DNA from: an uncultured delta proteobacterium
GTDB taxonomy: Bacteria; Desulfobacterota; Binatia; UTPRO1
DNA: 64,000 nucleotides
Assembly: GCA_963774015.1 (NCBI GenBank)
Contig: CAVZDH010000005.1
Location: 275,133-339,132, forward strand
Direction: 5' to 3'
The notes below the pieces were generated by a model that had not been told where the DNA came from, searched no databases, and saw only the letters and a program-made list of their open reading frames with translations. The position numbers and the translations under genes were made by a program. Shown here one piece after another: positions 19,597 to 28,602 of this stretch. How positions within the stretch are numbered: the first letter of the stretch is position 1; every line of letters begins with the position of its first letter.

Positions 19597-21114
19597 TTAG
19601 CGCGCGGCGCCGGCCGCGTGTTCGCAGGGCGTGGTGACGAACGCGGGACGGGATTTCCGCGCCGTCCAGCAGAGGAAGAGGCCGTCCGGCTCGCGCCCGT
19701 CGTAGCCGACGGGCAGGACCTCGGTGTCGAGCCCGAGCGAGCGCAAGAGCGTCGTGAGCTCGTCCGCGTCGAACCACCGTTCCCAGCTCGGCATGGCGAG
19801 CGCGCCGAGCTTTTGCTTGTTCTTGTCGATGACGACGAGGGTGCCGCCGGGCGCGAGCACCCGCGCGAGCTCGCGCACGGCTTCGGGGATGCGAACGGCG
19901 TGCTCGAGCGCTTCGACGCAGAGGACCGCGTCGAAGTGTCCGTCGGCGAAGGGCAGGTCGAGGAGGCTGTGCTGCACCGTTGCGATGCCCGCGGGCACGT
20001 GCCGGAGCATCTCCGCCGACACGTCGAGGGCGGTGACGTCGGCGCTCGGATGCCGGTGCTTCACGAGCGCGGCATAGCGTCCCTTGCCGGCGCCGGCGTC
20101 GAGGATGCGCTTGCCCGCGAGATCGCCGAACGCCGTGAGCACGGCGCGAGCGCGGCCGTCCTGGTTGGCGATGTCGGGGCGATACTCCCCGACGGTCGCG
20201 TCGAAGTGGCTCGCGATCCGGCACTGCTCGGCCTCGATCGCGTACTTCACGCCCCAGGACGGCTCCTGATCGGGGAAGTACGCGGCGCCGACGCCGTAGG
20301 AGCCGAAGAAGCCGCCGCCCGGGTTCTGGAGCGTCGCGAGCAAGGCGAGGGCGCGCTCGGCCCGCGCGGTCTCACCGAGCCGAAACCACACCTGCGCGAG
20401 CTGCGCGACACCGGTCGCGCACACCCACGGCACGTCGCTGTACGCCGGAACGGCGCCGTTCTCCTGCTGCCAGCGGGCGACGTCCGCCATGCCGCGCCGG
20501 GCTTCATCGTGGCAATCGAGCTCGACCAGCGCCTCCTGGACGTACGCATAGAAGTGGGTGAGGTGGCTCGGGAGGTCGAAGCGCGTGCACTCGGCGTGAC
20601 GGAGGTAGTAGTCGCGGCCGCGCTCGACGAAGCGGCGATAGTGCGCCTCGCCGAGGAGCTCGCCCGCCGCGGCGAGCGGGCCGAGCACGTAGAGATGAAT
20701 CGCCTCGCTCACCTCGCCGCGCCCCCCGAGGCTCCACGCGTTCCCCGGCGCCGGCACCGACAAACGTCCGGTCGCCGCGTCGCCCGCCGTGATCAACCAG
20801 TCGCATGCGCGCCGCAGCGGTCCGGCGAGCGCGGGATGCGTCGGCAGCAACGCGACCCAGCCGCGGACGACCTGGCCGGTGTCGAAGGCGAAGGCCTCCT
20901 CGGTAGCGGGACCGCCGAACGATCCGTCGGCACGCTGCACGCCGACGAGCCAATCGGCGAAGGCGGTCGCGAGCTCGCGCTCGCCGAGCGCGAGCAGAGT
21001 CGGGATGAAGTAGCCTGTCACCTCCGGATACGCGACCCGTTGCTTCGACGAGACGGCGATGCCGCCGCTCGCGAGCACGTGCCGTCGAATCCATCGCACC
21101 GCCGACTCCACCAT
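19597..21114 (-). CDS. (alpha/alpha)6-barrel-like (prenyltransferase/squalene-cyclase-repeat-like) domain fused to a class I SAM methyltransferase
   Basis: Start ATG 21114 with SD GAGGAGG. YPEVTGYFIPTL, WLVGVQRADGSF, FDTGQVVRG, WQQENGAV, LQNPGGGF; C-terminal ILDAGAGKGRY, FDAVLCVEALEH, RVLAPGG. Confidence 0.8.
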   Translation of the reverse strand: MVESAVRWIRRHVLASGGIAVSSKQRVAYPEVTGYFIPTLLALGERELATAFADWLVGVQRADGSFGGPATEEAFAFDTGQVVRGWVALLPTHPALAGPLRRACDWLITAGDAATGRLSVPAPGNAWSLGGRGEVSEAIHLYVLGPLAAAGELLGEAHYRRFVERGRDYYLRHAECTRFDLPSHLTHFYAYVQEALVELDCHDEARRGMADVARWQQENGAVPAYSDVPWVCATGVAQLAQVWFRLGETARAERALALLATLQNPGGGFFGSYGVGAAYFPDQEPSWGVKYAIEAEQCRIASHFDATVGEYRPDIANQDGRARAVLTAFGDLAGKRILDAGAGKGRYAALVKHRHPSADVTALDVSAEMLRHVPAGIATVQHSLLDLPFADGHFDAVLCVEALEHAVRIPEAVRELARVLAPGGTLVVIDKNKQKLGALAMPSWERWFDADELTTLLRSLGLDTEVLPVGYDGREPDGLFLCWTARKSRPAFVTTPCEHAAGAAR

Positions 21115-21160
21115 GCCGTCCTCCTCGCTACCACCCCGCCTAGAGATCGCGCCGGGAGTC

Positions 21161-21176
21161 AGCAACGGATGTGCCA
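21161..21176 (-). promoter_or_regulatory. sigma54 promoter of the glycosylation operon
   Basis: Minus strand TGGCACATCCGTTGCT, a perfect GG-N10-GC, identical to 25900-25915. Confidence 0.85.
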
Positions 21177-21250
21177 TGAGCCGGTGGCGGCGCGCTTGCC
21201 GTGCGACGTACGGTGCGTGGGGTTCGCTCGCCATTGCACGGCGCCGGCCC

Positions 21251-21293
21251 GGTCAACTTCCTGACCAGCGACGGGTGGCCGGCACATTTTTCC
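21251..21293. promoter_or_regulatory. Candidate enhancer dyads
   Basis: GGTCAACTTCCTGACC (GTCA-N6-TGAC) and GGCACATTTTTCC, 75-115 bp upstream of the sigma54 promoter. Confidence 0.5.
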
Positions 21294-21480
21294 GCCACCG
21301 GGTTCCGCCCTCGCGTGCGCAGCGGCGGCACGAAGGACCGCCACGTCTGCGTCGCCGGCCGCGGGCGGTGCGTGGCATTCGTCTTGCTGTTCGCCGCCGA
21401 GATCTCCGCGGGGGCGGAGATCGTGTGGGGTGAGGTGTGTGGAGGGTGGTGGCGTTGGGGGAGTGGAAGGGGACGCCGGA

Positions 21481-21518
21481 CCGTCGTCCGAGGAGCCGTG
21501 AGGCTCGTCGGACGACGG
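21481..21518 (+). other. Strong GNRA-capped hairpin upstream of the CgeB-like GT
   Basis: CCGTCGTCCGA-G-GAGCC-GTGA-GGCTC-G-TCGGACGACGG: 16-bp stem with a GUGA loop. Confidence 0.6.
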
Positions 21519-21570
21519 ACGGTGAAGACCCGATGGACATGACGATCGCGAGCCAGTGCCCGGGAGCGGC

Positions 21571-23376
21571 GTGAGCGAGCTCCAAGTCCGAAACATGACG
21601 ACGCTCGCGGCGCGCGCACCGGCGCTCGCGCGGCGCGTGGCGGCAGCCGCGGTGCCGCCGACGCACGTCGTCGCGGCGACGGCGAAAGGGCAGCCGACGC
21701 TGACGGTCGCCGGCGTCCCGTTGCAGCACCTCGTCGATCCGGTCGCCGAGGCGCAGCGCTGGGCGCGCAGCGTGCTCGAGCGGCTCGAGGCGGTCGCCGC
21801 GACGCGGGTCGTGATCGTCGGCTGCGGGCTCGGCTATCACGTCGAGGCGCTCGCCGAGCGCTTCGCGGGCGGCATCGTCGTCGTCGAGCCGGATCTCGCC
21901 GTGGTGCGCATCGCGCTCGCGACGCGCGACCTCGCGACCTTGCTCGCGCGCGTCGAGCTCGTGGTCGACGACGACGGCGGCGAGGAGGTGCCGGCGGGCG
22001 CGCGTACGCTCGTCGTCGCCCACGCCCCCGCGCTGCTCGTGCCGGGCGGCGCCCATCGGCGCGCGCTGCAGGCCTGGCAAGCGCAGGCGGCGCGGAGCGG
22101 GCTCCGGCTGAAGGTGCTGGTCGTGACGCCGCTCTACGGCGGCTCGTGGCCGATCGCCGGCTACGCGGCGCGCGCGCTCACCGAGCTCGGCCACGAGACG
22201 CACCTGCTCGACCTCGCGCCCTTCCACGACGCGTTCCAGGGGCTCGAGCGTTTCGGGGCCCGGCGCGCGCAGCGCCGCGTGCTCGAGGCGGGCTTCTGCG
22301 ACGTCATGGCGGCGGGCATCGCCGCGACCGTCGACGCGCTCGAGCCGGACCTCGTGCTGGCGCTCGCCCAGGCGCCGCTCAATGCCGCGGCCCTCGAGGC
22401 CATCGGCAAGCGCGGGGTGCTGCGGGCACTTTGGTTCGTCGAGGACTACCGGGTGATGACGTACTGGCGCGAGCTCGCGCGGCACTACGATCACGTCTTC
22501 ACCATTCAGACCGAGTCGTGTCTCGACGCAATGGCGCAGGTCACCGATGCGCGGCTCGCGTATCTGCCGTGCGGCTTCGACCCGCGCGTCCACCGGCCGC
22601 TCGTGCTCGACGCCGGCGAGCGAGCGGAGCTCGGCAGCGACGTGTCGTTCGTCGGCGCCGGCTATCGCAATCGGCGCCTCGCGTTCCGACGCTTCCTCGA
22701 TCTCGACTTCAAGATCTGGGGCAGCGACTGGGGCGGTGCGGAAGATCTCGCGCGCGTCGTGCAGCGCGGCGGTGCGCGCATCGACACCGAGGAGTCGGTG
22801 CGGATCTTCAACGCCAGCGCGGTCAACCTGAATCTGCACTCGTCGACCTATCACGAGGGCGTCGACCCGCGCGGCGACTTCGTGAACCCGCGCACCTTCG
22901 AGCTCGCGGGCGCCGCCGCGTTCCAGATCGTCGACCGGCGCGAGCTCCTGCCGCCGCTCTTCGCCGCCGAGCGCGAGATGGCGGTCGTCGAGAGCGTGGC
23001 GGCGATGCGCGAGCAGGCCGCCCATTACCTCGCCCACGAGGACGAGCGGCTGGCGCTCGCCGGGCGCGCGCGCCAACGCGCGCTCGCCGAGCACACCTAT
23101 CTCCACCGCATGCAGGATCTACTCGCCGCCGTCATCGGTCCGGCACAGGAGCGGCTTCTCGGCAAGCGCCGCACCGTCACGGTCGCCGACGTCGCGCGTG
23201 GCGCGGCGGGACGCTTGGGAGAGTTCTTGGGGCGCTTCGACCCCCATACGCCGTTCACGATCGACCGGGTGGCGGCAACCCTCGCGACGCGCGAGGGCGC
23301 GCTCAGCGAGCCGGAGGCGATCTTTCTCTTCCTCCATCAGTTCGACGAGCTCTATCTCCGGGAGCAGCGACTGTGA
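21571..23376 (+). CDS. Glycosyltransferase: Maf-type N-terminal domain + CgeB/DUF3880 (GT-B) domain
   Basis: GTG 21571 with SD GGGAG. LQHLVDPVAEAQRW..IVGCGLGYH (Maf-like), WFVED, YLPCGFDP, VSFVGAGYRNR, VNLNLHSS, VNPRTFELAG, EHTYLHRM. Confidence 0.82.
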   Translation: MSELQVRNMTTLAARAPALARRVAAAAVPPTHVVAATAKGQPTLTVAGVPLQHLVDPVAEAQRWARSVLERLEAVAATRVVIVGCGLGYHVEALAERFAGGIVVVEPDLAVVRIALATRDLATLLARVELVVDDDGGEEVPAGARTLVVAHAPALLVPGGAHRRALQAWQAQAARSGLRLKVLVVTPLYGGSWPIAGYAARALTELGHETHLLDLAPFHDAFQGLERFGARRAQRRVLEAGFCDVMAAGIAATVDALEPDLVLALAQAPLNAAALEAIGKRGVLRALWFVEDYRVMTYWRELARHYDHVFTIQTESCLDAMAQVTDARLAYLPCGFDPRVHRPLVLDAGERAELGSDVSFVGAGYRNRRLAFRRFLDLDFKIWGSDWGGAEDLARVVQRGGARIDTEESVRIFNASAVNLNLHSSTYHEGVDPRGDFVNPRTFELAGAAAFQIVDRRELLPPLFAAEREMAVVESVAAMREQAAHYLAHEDERLALAGRARQRALAEHTYLHRMQDLLAAVIGPAQERLLGKRRTVTVADVARGAAGRLGEFLGRFDPHTPFTIDRVAATLATREGALSEPEAIFLFLHQFDELYLREQRL

Positions 23377-25062
23377 CGTCGCACGAGCGCATGGCAGCAC
23401 GGCGGAGGGGGGCGGCGCAGGCGCGGGCCGCCGAGCGCATTCTGATCGTCAACCTGACGCGATTCGGCGACCTCTTGCAGACGTCGCCCGCGGTCGCGGC
23501 GCTGAAGCGGCGCCATCCGGCGGCGGCCATCACCCTGATGGCCGAGAAGAACTTCGCCGACGTGTGCGACGACATCCCCGGGATCGACCGCGTCTACCGC
23601 GTCGAGCTCGACCGGCTCGGCGGGCTGATGCTCGAGGGCGGTGCGCACCTCCTCGAGGCGTATCGCTACGTCGAGCACGTGATCGAGCATCTGCGGGCCG
23701 AGCGCTTCGACCTCGCGCTCAACTACTCGAGCTCGCGCATGAGCGCCGTGTTCATGGGGCTGCTCCGCATTCCGGACGTGCGCGGCTGGTCGATGACGCC
23801 CGACGGCCTGCGTTTGATTCGTCATCCGTGGGCGCGTCTGTTCGCGACCATGTGCCTGAATCGCCGGATCGCGAGCTTCAATCTCGTCGACTACTACTGC
23901 GCGATGGCAGGGCAGCTCGCCGACACGCGCCGGCTGCGCTACGACGTGCGGCCGGCGGCGGAAGCCAAGGCGGCGGCGCTGCTCGCCGCGTGCGGCATCC
24001 GTGGCGACGATCGCGTCGTCGCGCTGCAGCTCGGGGCGAGCCGGGCGATCCGTCAGTGGCCCGAGGCGTCGTTCGTCGCGCTCGGCCGCGCGCTCGCGGC
24101 GGCGGGCTTGCGCGTGGTGGTGATCGGCGGCGGCGGCGATCGTCCCCTCGGCGACCGCGTCGTCGCGGGGATCGGTGAGGCGGCGGTCAACACGTGCGGA
24201 CGGACCGGCGTCGGCGAGCTCGGGGCCGTGCTCCGCCGCGCGGCGGCGCTCGTCACCGGCGATACCGGCCCGATGCACATGGCGGTCGCCGTCGGCACGC
24301 CGATCGTCGGGCTCTTCTTCGGGCCGGCCTCGCCGTTCGACACGGGCCCGTACGCCGCCGATCAGGTGGTGATCCACACCGGCGCGGCGTGCGCGCCATG
24401 CGACCACAACGTCACGTGTCTCGAGCCGTTCTGTCGCGACGAGCTCGCCCCTGACGCGGTCGCCGCGGTCGTGATGCGCGCGCGTCGCGGACGACTGGGT
24501 CAGGCTCGAGGACCTGGCACGGGGCTTGGCCCCGGCGCGCCTCTATCGCACCGGCTTCGACGCAACGGGGCGCTTCGAGGCGGTCGCGCTCGCGGCGCCG
24601 CCGCGGCGCCGCGAGGACGCGCTGCGCGAGGCCTATCGGGCGTCGTTTCTGCACGTGCTCGAGGACGAGCCGTTGCCGTCGCCGCGGCCGGCCGCGCTCG
24701 ACGTGGCGCCGTTCGCGGCGCTCGCGGCGCTCGCGCGCGACGGTCTCGCGCAGGCCGGTACGCTGGCGAGGCTGGCGCGCGCCAAGCAGCCGCGCTTCGA
24801 GGAGCTGCAACGCCTCGGTCGCGAGCTCGAGGTGCTCGATCGCGCCATCAAGGAACACGGCGGCACGCATCCGGACACCAACGTGCTGGCGCAGATGTTC
24901 ACCTTCGGCAAGGAGAATCTCGAAGGCGACGACGTCGCGACCTTGGCGGTCGAGACCGCGCGTCTCTATCGAGACTTGGCTCGCAGCGCGGACTGCATGA
25001 CGGCGCTGCTCGGCGGCGCCCAACTCGAAGAGCGGGGGCACGATGCACGTCTTCATCAATGA
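23373..25062 (+). CDS. GT9 (heptosyltransferase-family) glycosyltransferase with C-terminal extension; one frameshift at ~24477
   Basis: ILIVNLTRFGDLLQTSP, LQLGAS..RQWP, LVTGDTGPMHMAVAVGTP, LFFGPA..TGPY, CAPC. A +1 shift restores ARVADDW..LYRTGFD... up to stop 25062. Confidence 0.82.
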
Positions 25063-25624
25063 GCAGGAGATCCTGGCCGGCGCGGTGCTCGGGGCGACGG
25101 TCGGCGAGATCATCGAGGCGAGCCGCATGCACGTCGATCCGACGGAGATCGTCACCGAGGTGGAGCTCGACGGCGTCGCGTTCCATGCCGGCGACGAGGC
25201 GCAATACGCGCGCCGCGCGGCGAAGAGCGTGCAGCAGCTGAAGGTGCGCACCCAGACGCCGACGGCGTTCGCGGCGGACAAGCGCCGGAGTCTCGCCGAG
25301 ACGCTCGACGCCGTCGCCGAACGGGCGCGCATGGTCGGGCTCCTGCTCCGCGAGTCGAAGACGCGCTCGGCGAACGGACTGCTGGCGTGCCTGATGGAGG
25401 AGCTTCGCCTGACGCTGCTTCTCGACTACCAGCTCGCGCTCCTCGCGGCGGACGAACCGTCGGCCGCGCGCGAGGACATCGCGACGCTCGCGCCGCAGAT
25501 GCTCGCGGCGGAGGAGCAGCGGGCGTGGGACACGCTCGCGACGCTCCTCGACGGGTCGCTCGCGCCGGTGCTCGAGCGGTGGGCGGTGGCGACGCGGGCC
25601 CGGCTCGACGCGGCGGCGGCGTAA
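25043..25624 (+). CDS. Hypothetical protein (beta-rich N-terminus, helical C-terminus)
   Basis: 193-aa ORF with SD GGGGG overlapping the GT9 end and plausible composition. Confidence 0.7.
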   Translation: MHVFINEQEILAGAVLGATVGEIIEASRMHVDPTEIVTEVELDGVAFHAGDEAQYARRAAKSVQQLKVRTQTPTAFAADKRRSLAETLDAVAERARMVGLLLRESKTRSANGLLACLMEELRLTLLLDYQLALLAADEPSAAREDIATLAPQMLAAEEQRAWDTLATLLDGSLAPVLERWAVATRARLDAAAA

Positions 25625-25899
25625 GCGGGTCGAGGCGCGGCCGCCGCCACCTCCGCCTGCGCCTGCGCCGCGCGCCGGCCACGTGACGCCGGCGCCGTCG
25701 CGTTCGTGCGGCGACGCTCGGCGGAATGGCGGGGCCGGCGGGCGCCGGGGCGCCCGCGCCCGTGCGCGGCCGCCGATGGCGGTGCGTCCGCCCGTCGGCG
25801 CGGACAACTCTCTGACCGCGGCGCTGCCAACGCTCTGGCGCGGAGCGGTCGCCAGAGACGCGGACGGCGAGAAATGCCAGCAACGACGAGGCGCATGCG

Positions 25900-25915
25900 T
25901 GGCACATCCGTTGCT
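25900..25915 (+). promoter_or_regulatory. sigma54 promoter of the TPR / sensor kinase / response regulator operon
   Basis: TGGCACATCCGTTGCT. Confidence 0.85.
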
Positions 25916-25920
25916 GCACC

Positions 25921-25935
25921 CGGCAAGAATTGCCG
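25921..25935. promoter_or_regulatory. GGCA-N5-TGCC dyad over the predicted transcription start (possible repressor site)
   Basis: CGGCAAGAATTGCCG, 5 bp after the -12 element. Confidence 0.55.
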
Positions 25936-25944
25936 AGCGCAGTC

Positions 25945-28602
25945 ATGCGAACGTCACGCCTCGCACTCCTCGTATTCGTCGTCGTCGTCGTCGCGCGCGT
26001 TGCCGACGTCGGCGCGGCGCCGATCTTCGCGTCGCCCCCGCACGTCGTGTCCGACGGCGACGGTCAGCGCATCGTGCTCTTTCTCAATGAGCCGGTGAGC
26101 GGGGCGCTCGCGGCGCGCGCGGGCGACGGCTTCGAGGTACGCGTGCCGCGGAGCGAGGTTGCGCCCGCGATCTTGGGACAAGACTACGGCGCCGACGGGT
26201 GGGGAAACGCGGGCGACGCCGTGAAGCATCTCGTCCTCGCCGCCGGAGAGAAGGGCGACACCAACATCCACATCGAGCCGAACGGGCCGGTGCATGGGAT
26301 CGACGCGCGCTCGGTCGACGATCCGCCGCGGCTCGTGATCGAGCTCCTGGCGGCCGCGCCGACCAAGACGCCGCAACCGACGCGTACCCCGGCGCATCGG
26401 CCGACCGCGGTGAAGAGCGTGGCGCCGCGCGCGGTCCCATCCGGCGCGGCGGGTCCCGGGCATCCGGCCGCGCAGGCTCCGGGCCGCCCGGCGGCGACGC
26501 CGCGTCCGCAAGCGACGCCGCCCGCGCCAGCGAAGCCCGTACCGACGGCGACGACGGCGGTCGAGCCCGTGGCGGTGGCGGCGGCCCGGACGGCGCCGCT
26601 CGACGATCCGGCGCGCGGCGCGCCGCCGAGTGCCGCGGCGCTCGCGCATGCGACCGTGCTCACCGCGCTCGCGCCGAGCCGCTCGCGCACCGCGGGCCAC
26701 GACGACCCGAGCCCGTCGCGCCGGGGCGGGGGCGGCGAACGAGCGCTCTCGAGCGCGACGGCGGGTGCGCCGGCGGCCGCGGGCGCGGCGCTCCCGGCGG
26801 CGACCGAGCCGGCGGACGCGCCCCCGGTTTCCGCCGCTCCGTCGGCGTTCGGGCTCGGCTGCCTCTGGCGTCGCTTCTCGGGCGTCGCGATCTGCGTCGC
26901 CGATCCGAAGGCGGCGTCCTATGCGGGCGACCACACGATCACCGCGATGGTCGGCGCGCTCGCGCGCGGGAAGCTGCCCGAGCCGGAGGACACGCCGCCG
27001 GTCGTGACGCCTGCCTCGACCTTCCTCGCGGCGGACGTGCTCTTCGCGACGCGCGCGCCCGAAGGAAAGTTCCTGCCCGTCGTCGACGCCTATCGCCGTG
27101 CGCTCCGGACCCATCCCGACTTTCCCGAGGCGTGGCGGGCGCGGCTCAACATCGCGCTCGCCTATCGCGCGATGGAGTTCCTGACCGAGCTCCGCACGAC
27201 GGCCGGCGCGGCGGCCGTGGATCCGACCGGTGGCCTCGTCCGCGGGCTCGCGGGCGACCTCGCATTCGTGACCGGCAGGATGCAGACGGCGACCGCCGAC
27301 TACGCCCGCGCCGCCGACATGGGCGGACTCGGGGCGTGCCTCGCCGCACGGGGCCGTGCCCGTCTCGCGCTCGCCGAGAACAACGCGGCGAGCGCCGCCG
27401 CCGAGGTCGCGGCGCTCGGCTCGCTCTGCCCGCCGGAGCTCGCCACGGATCCGGAGACGGTCTGGGTGCGCGGGCGCCTGGCACTGGCACAAGACGATCT
27501 CGCGGCGGCCAAGACGCTGCTCGGAGAGGCCCACGACGGGATCGGCAGGTCGGACAAGGGCGCCGTCATCGCCGATCTCGGCGCCGTCGCGGAGGCGGCG
27601 AACGACGTGACGGCGGCGCGCAAGCAGTACGGGCGCCTCGTCGGCGGCGCGTTCGGTCCACGCGCGGCCCGGCGGGGAACGGTGCGCCTGGCGATCCTCG
27701 ACGGCGCCGGGGGCGACGTGAACGCGGGGCTGAAGCGTCTCGAGCGGCTCACCCCGGAAGCCTCGGACCCGGCGCGGCGGACGCTCGTCATGCAAGCCGT
27801 GCGCGCCGCGCTGGCGCGTGGTGCGGTCGGTGACGCGCTCGCGAGCCTCAACGAGGCGCACCTCGATCCGGTGACACTCGAGCTCGACGACCAATTGGCC
27901 GTGGCGGAGGCGTATCGCGGCATCGGACTCTACGGCGAGGCCGAGCACGTGCTCACGGCAGCGGCGGCTGCGGCCGGCGCCGCCCCGCCCGATGGGCTCT
28001 TCGCGGCACGCGGCGCGCTCGCGCTCGATCGTCGCGATGGCGCGGCCGCGCTCGCGGTCGCCGACGATTGGATCCGTGCCCGCGGCCGGACCGGCGGCGC
28101 CCTGGCGTTGCGGGCGCGCGCGGCGGCGCTCGCGGGCGATGCCGACGGTGCGCAAGCGGCGGTCGCCGCGGCGGTGATGGAAGATGCGAGCCTCACGCGC
28201 ACGCTTCCGCTCGAGGTCGCGGAGGCGCTGCGCGCGCGCGCGCCGAAAGTCGCCCTGGTGCTCGCGCACGAGGCGCTCGAGCCCGGCCCGGCGTCGGAGC
28301 TGCCGCCGGCGCGCGCGGCGGCGGGCCTCGCGCTCGTGGGGTCGCTCGCCGAGGCGCAGGGCGACGACGATACCGCGCTCGCGGCCTTCACGACCTTGAC
28401 GGCACGCTACGGCAAGGAGCCGGTTGCGGCCGACGCCGCCTACCGGGCGGCGCGCATCGCGGCGCGCCGCGTCCCGGGAGGGGACGCGGCGGCGTTCGAC
28501 GAGGCGGCGCGCAGCAAGGACGCGCTCGCGCGGCGGGTCGCCGGCGCGGCCCGCGAGTACGAGGCCATCGTCAAGCCGCTTTCCGGAACGAGGGAACCAT
28601 GA
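25945..28602 (+). CDS. Exported TPR/alpha-solenoid protein with N-terminal AMIN-like beta domain and Pro/Ala linker
   Basis: Signal peptide MRTSRLALLVFVVVVVARVA. DDPPRLVIELL (AMIN-like end). Helical repeats such as YRRALRTHPDFPEAWRARLNIALAY and AAFTTLTARYGKEPVAADAAYRAA. Confidence 0.75.
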   Translation: MRTSRLALLVFVVVVVARVADVGAAPIFASPPHVVSDGDGQRIVLFLNEPVSGALAARAGDGFEVRVPRSEVAPAILGQDYGADGWGNAGDAVKHLVLAAGEKGDTNIHIEPNGPVHGIDARSVDDPPRLVIELLAAAPTKTPQPTRTPAHRPTAVKSVAPRAVPSGAAGPGHPAAQAPGRPAATPRPQATPPAPAKPVPTATTAVEPVAVAAARTAPLDDPARGAPPSAAALAHATVLTALAPSRSRTAGHDDPSPSRRGGGGERALSSATAGAPAAAGAALPAATEPADAPPVSAAPSAFGLGCLWRRFSGVAICVADPKAASYAGDHTITAMVGALARGKLPEPEDTPPVVTPASTFLAADVLFATRAPEGKFLPVVDAYRRALRTHPDFPEAWRARLNIALAYRAMEFLTELRTTAGAAAVDPTGGLVRGLAGDLAFVTGRMQTATADYARAADMGGLGACLAARGRARLALAENNAASAAAEVAALGSLCPPELATDPETVWVRGRLALAQDDLAAAKTLLGEAHDGIGRSDKGAVIADLGAVAEAANDVTAARKQYGRLVGGAFGPRAARRGTVRLAILDGAGGDVNAGLKRLERLTPEASDPARRTLVMQAVRAALARGAVGDALASLNEAHLDPVTLELDDQLAVAEAYRGIGLYGEAEHVLTAAAAAAGAAPPDGLFAARGALALDRRDGAAALAVADDWIRARGRTGGALALRARAAALAGDADGAQAAVAAAVMEDASLTRTLPLEVAEALRARAPKVALVLAHEALEPGPASELPPARAAAGLALVGSLAEAQGDDDTALAAFTTLTARYGKEPVAADAAYRAARIAARRVPGGDAAAFDEAARSKDALARRVAGAAREYEAIVKPLSGTREP

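Noticed and set aside
21523-21548. sigma28-like TGAAG..GACGAT upstream of the CgeB-like GT
   Set aside because: Spacer is 13 rather than 15 nt and both boxes are degenerate.
22146-25241. 1031-aa ORF
   Set aside because: Only the 23373-24477 part (GT9) is real. The rest is Arg-rich shadow frame.
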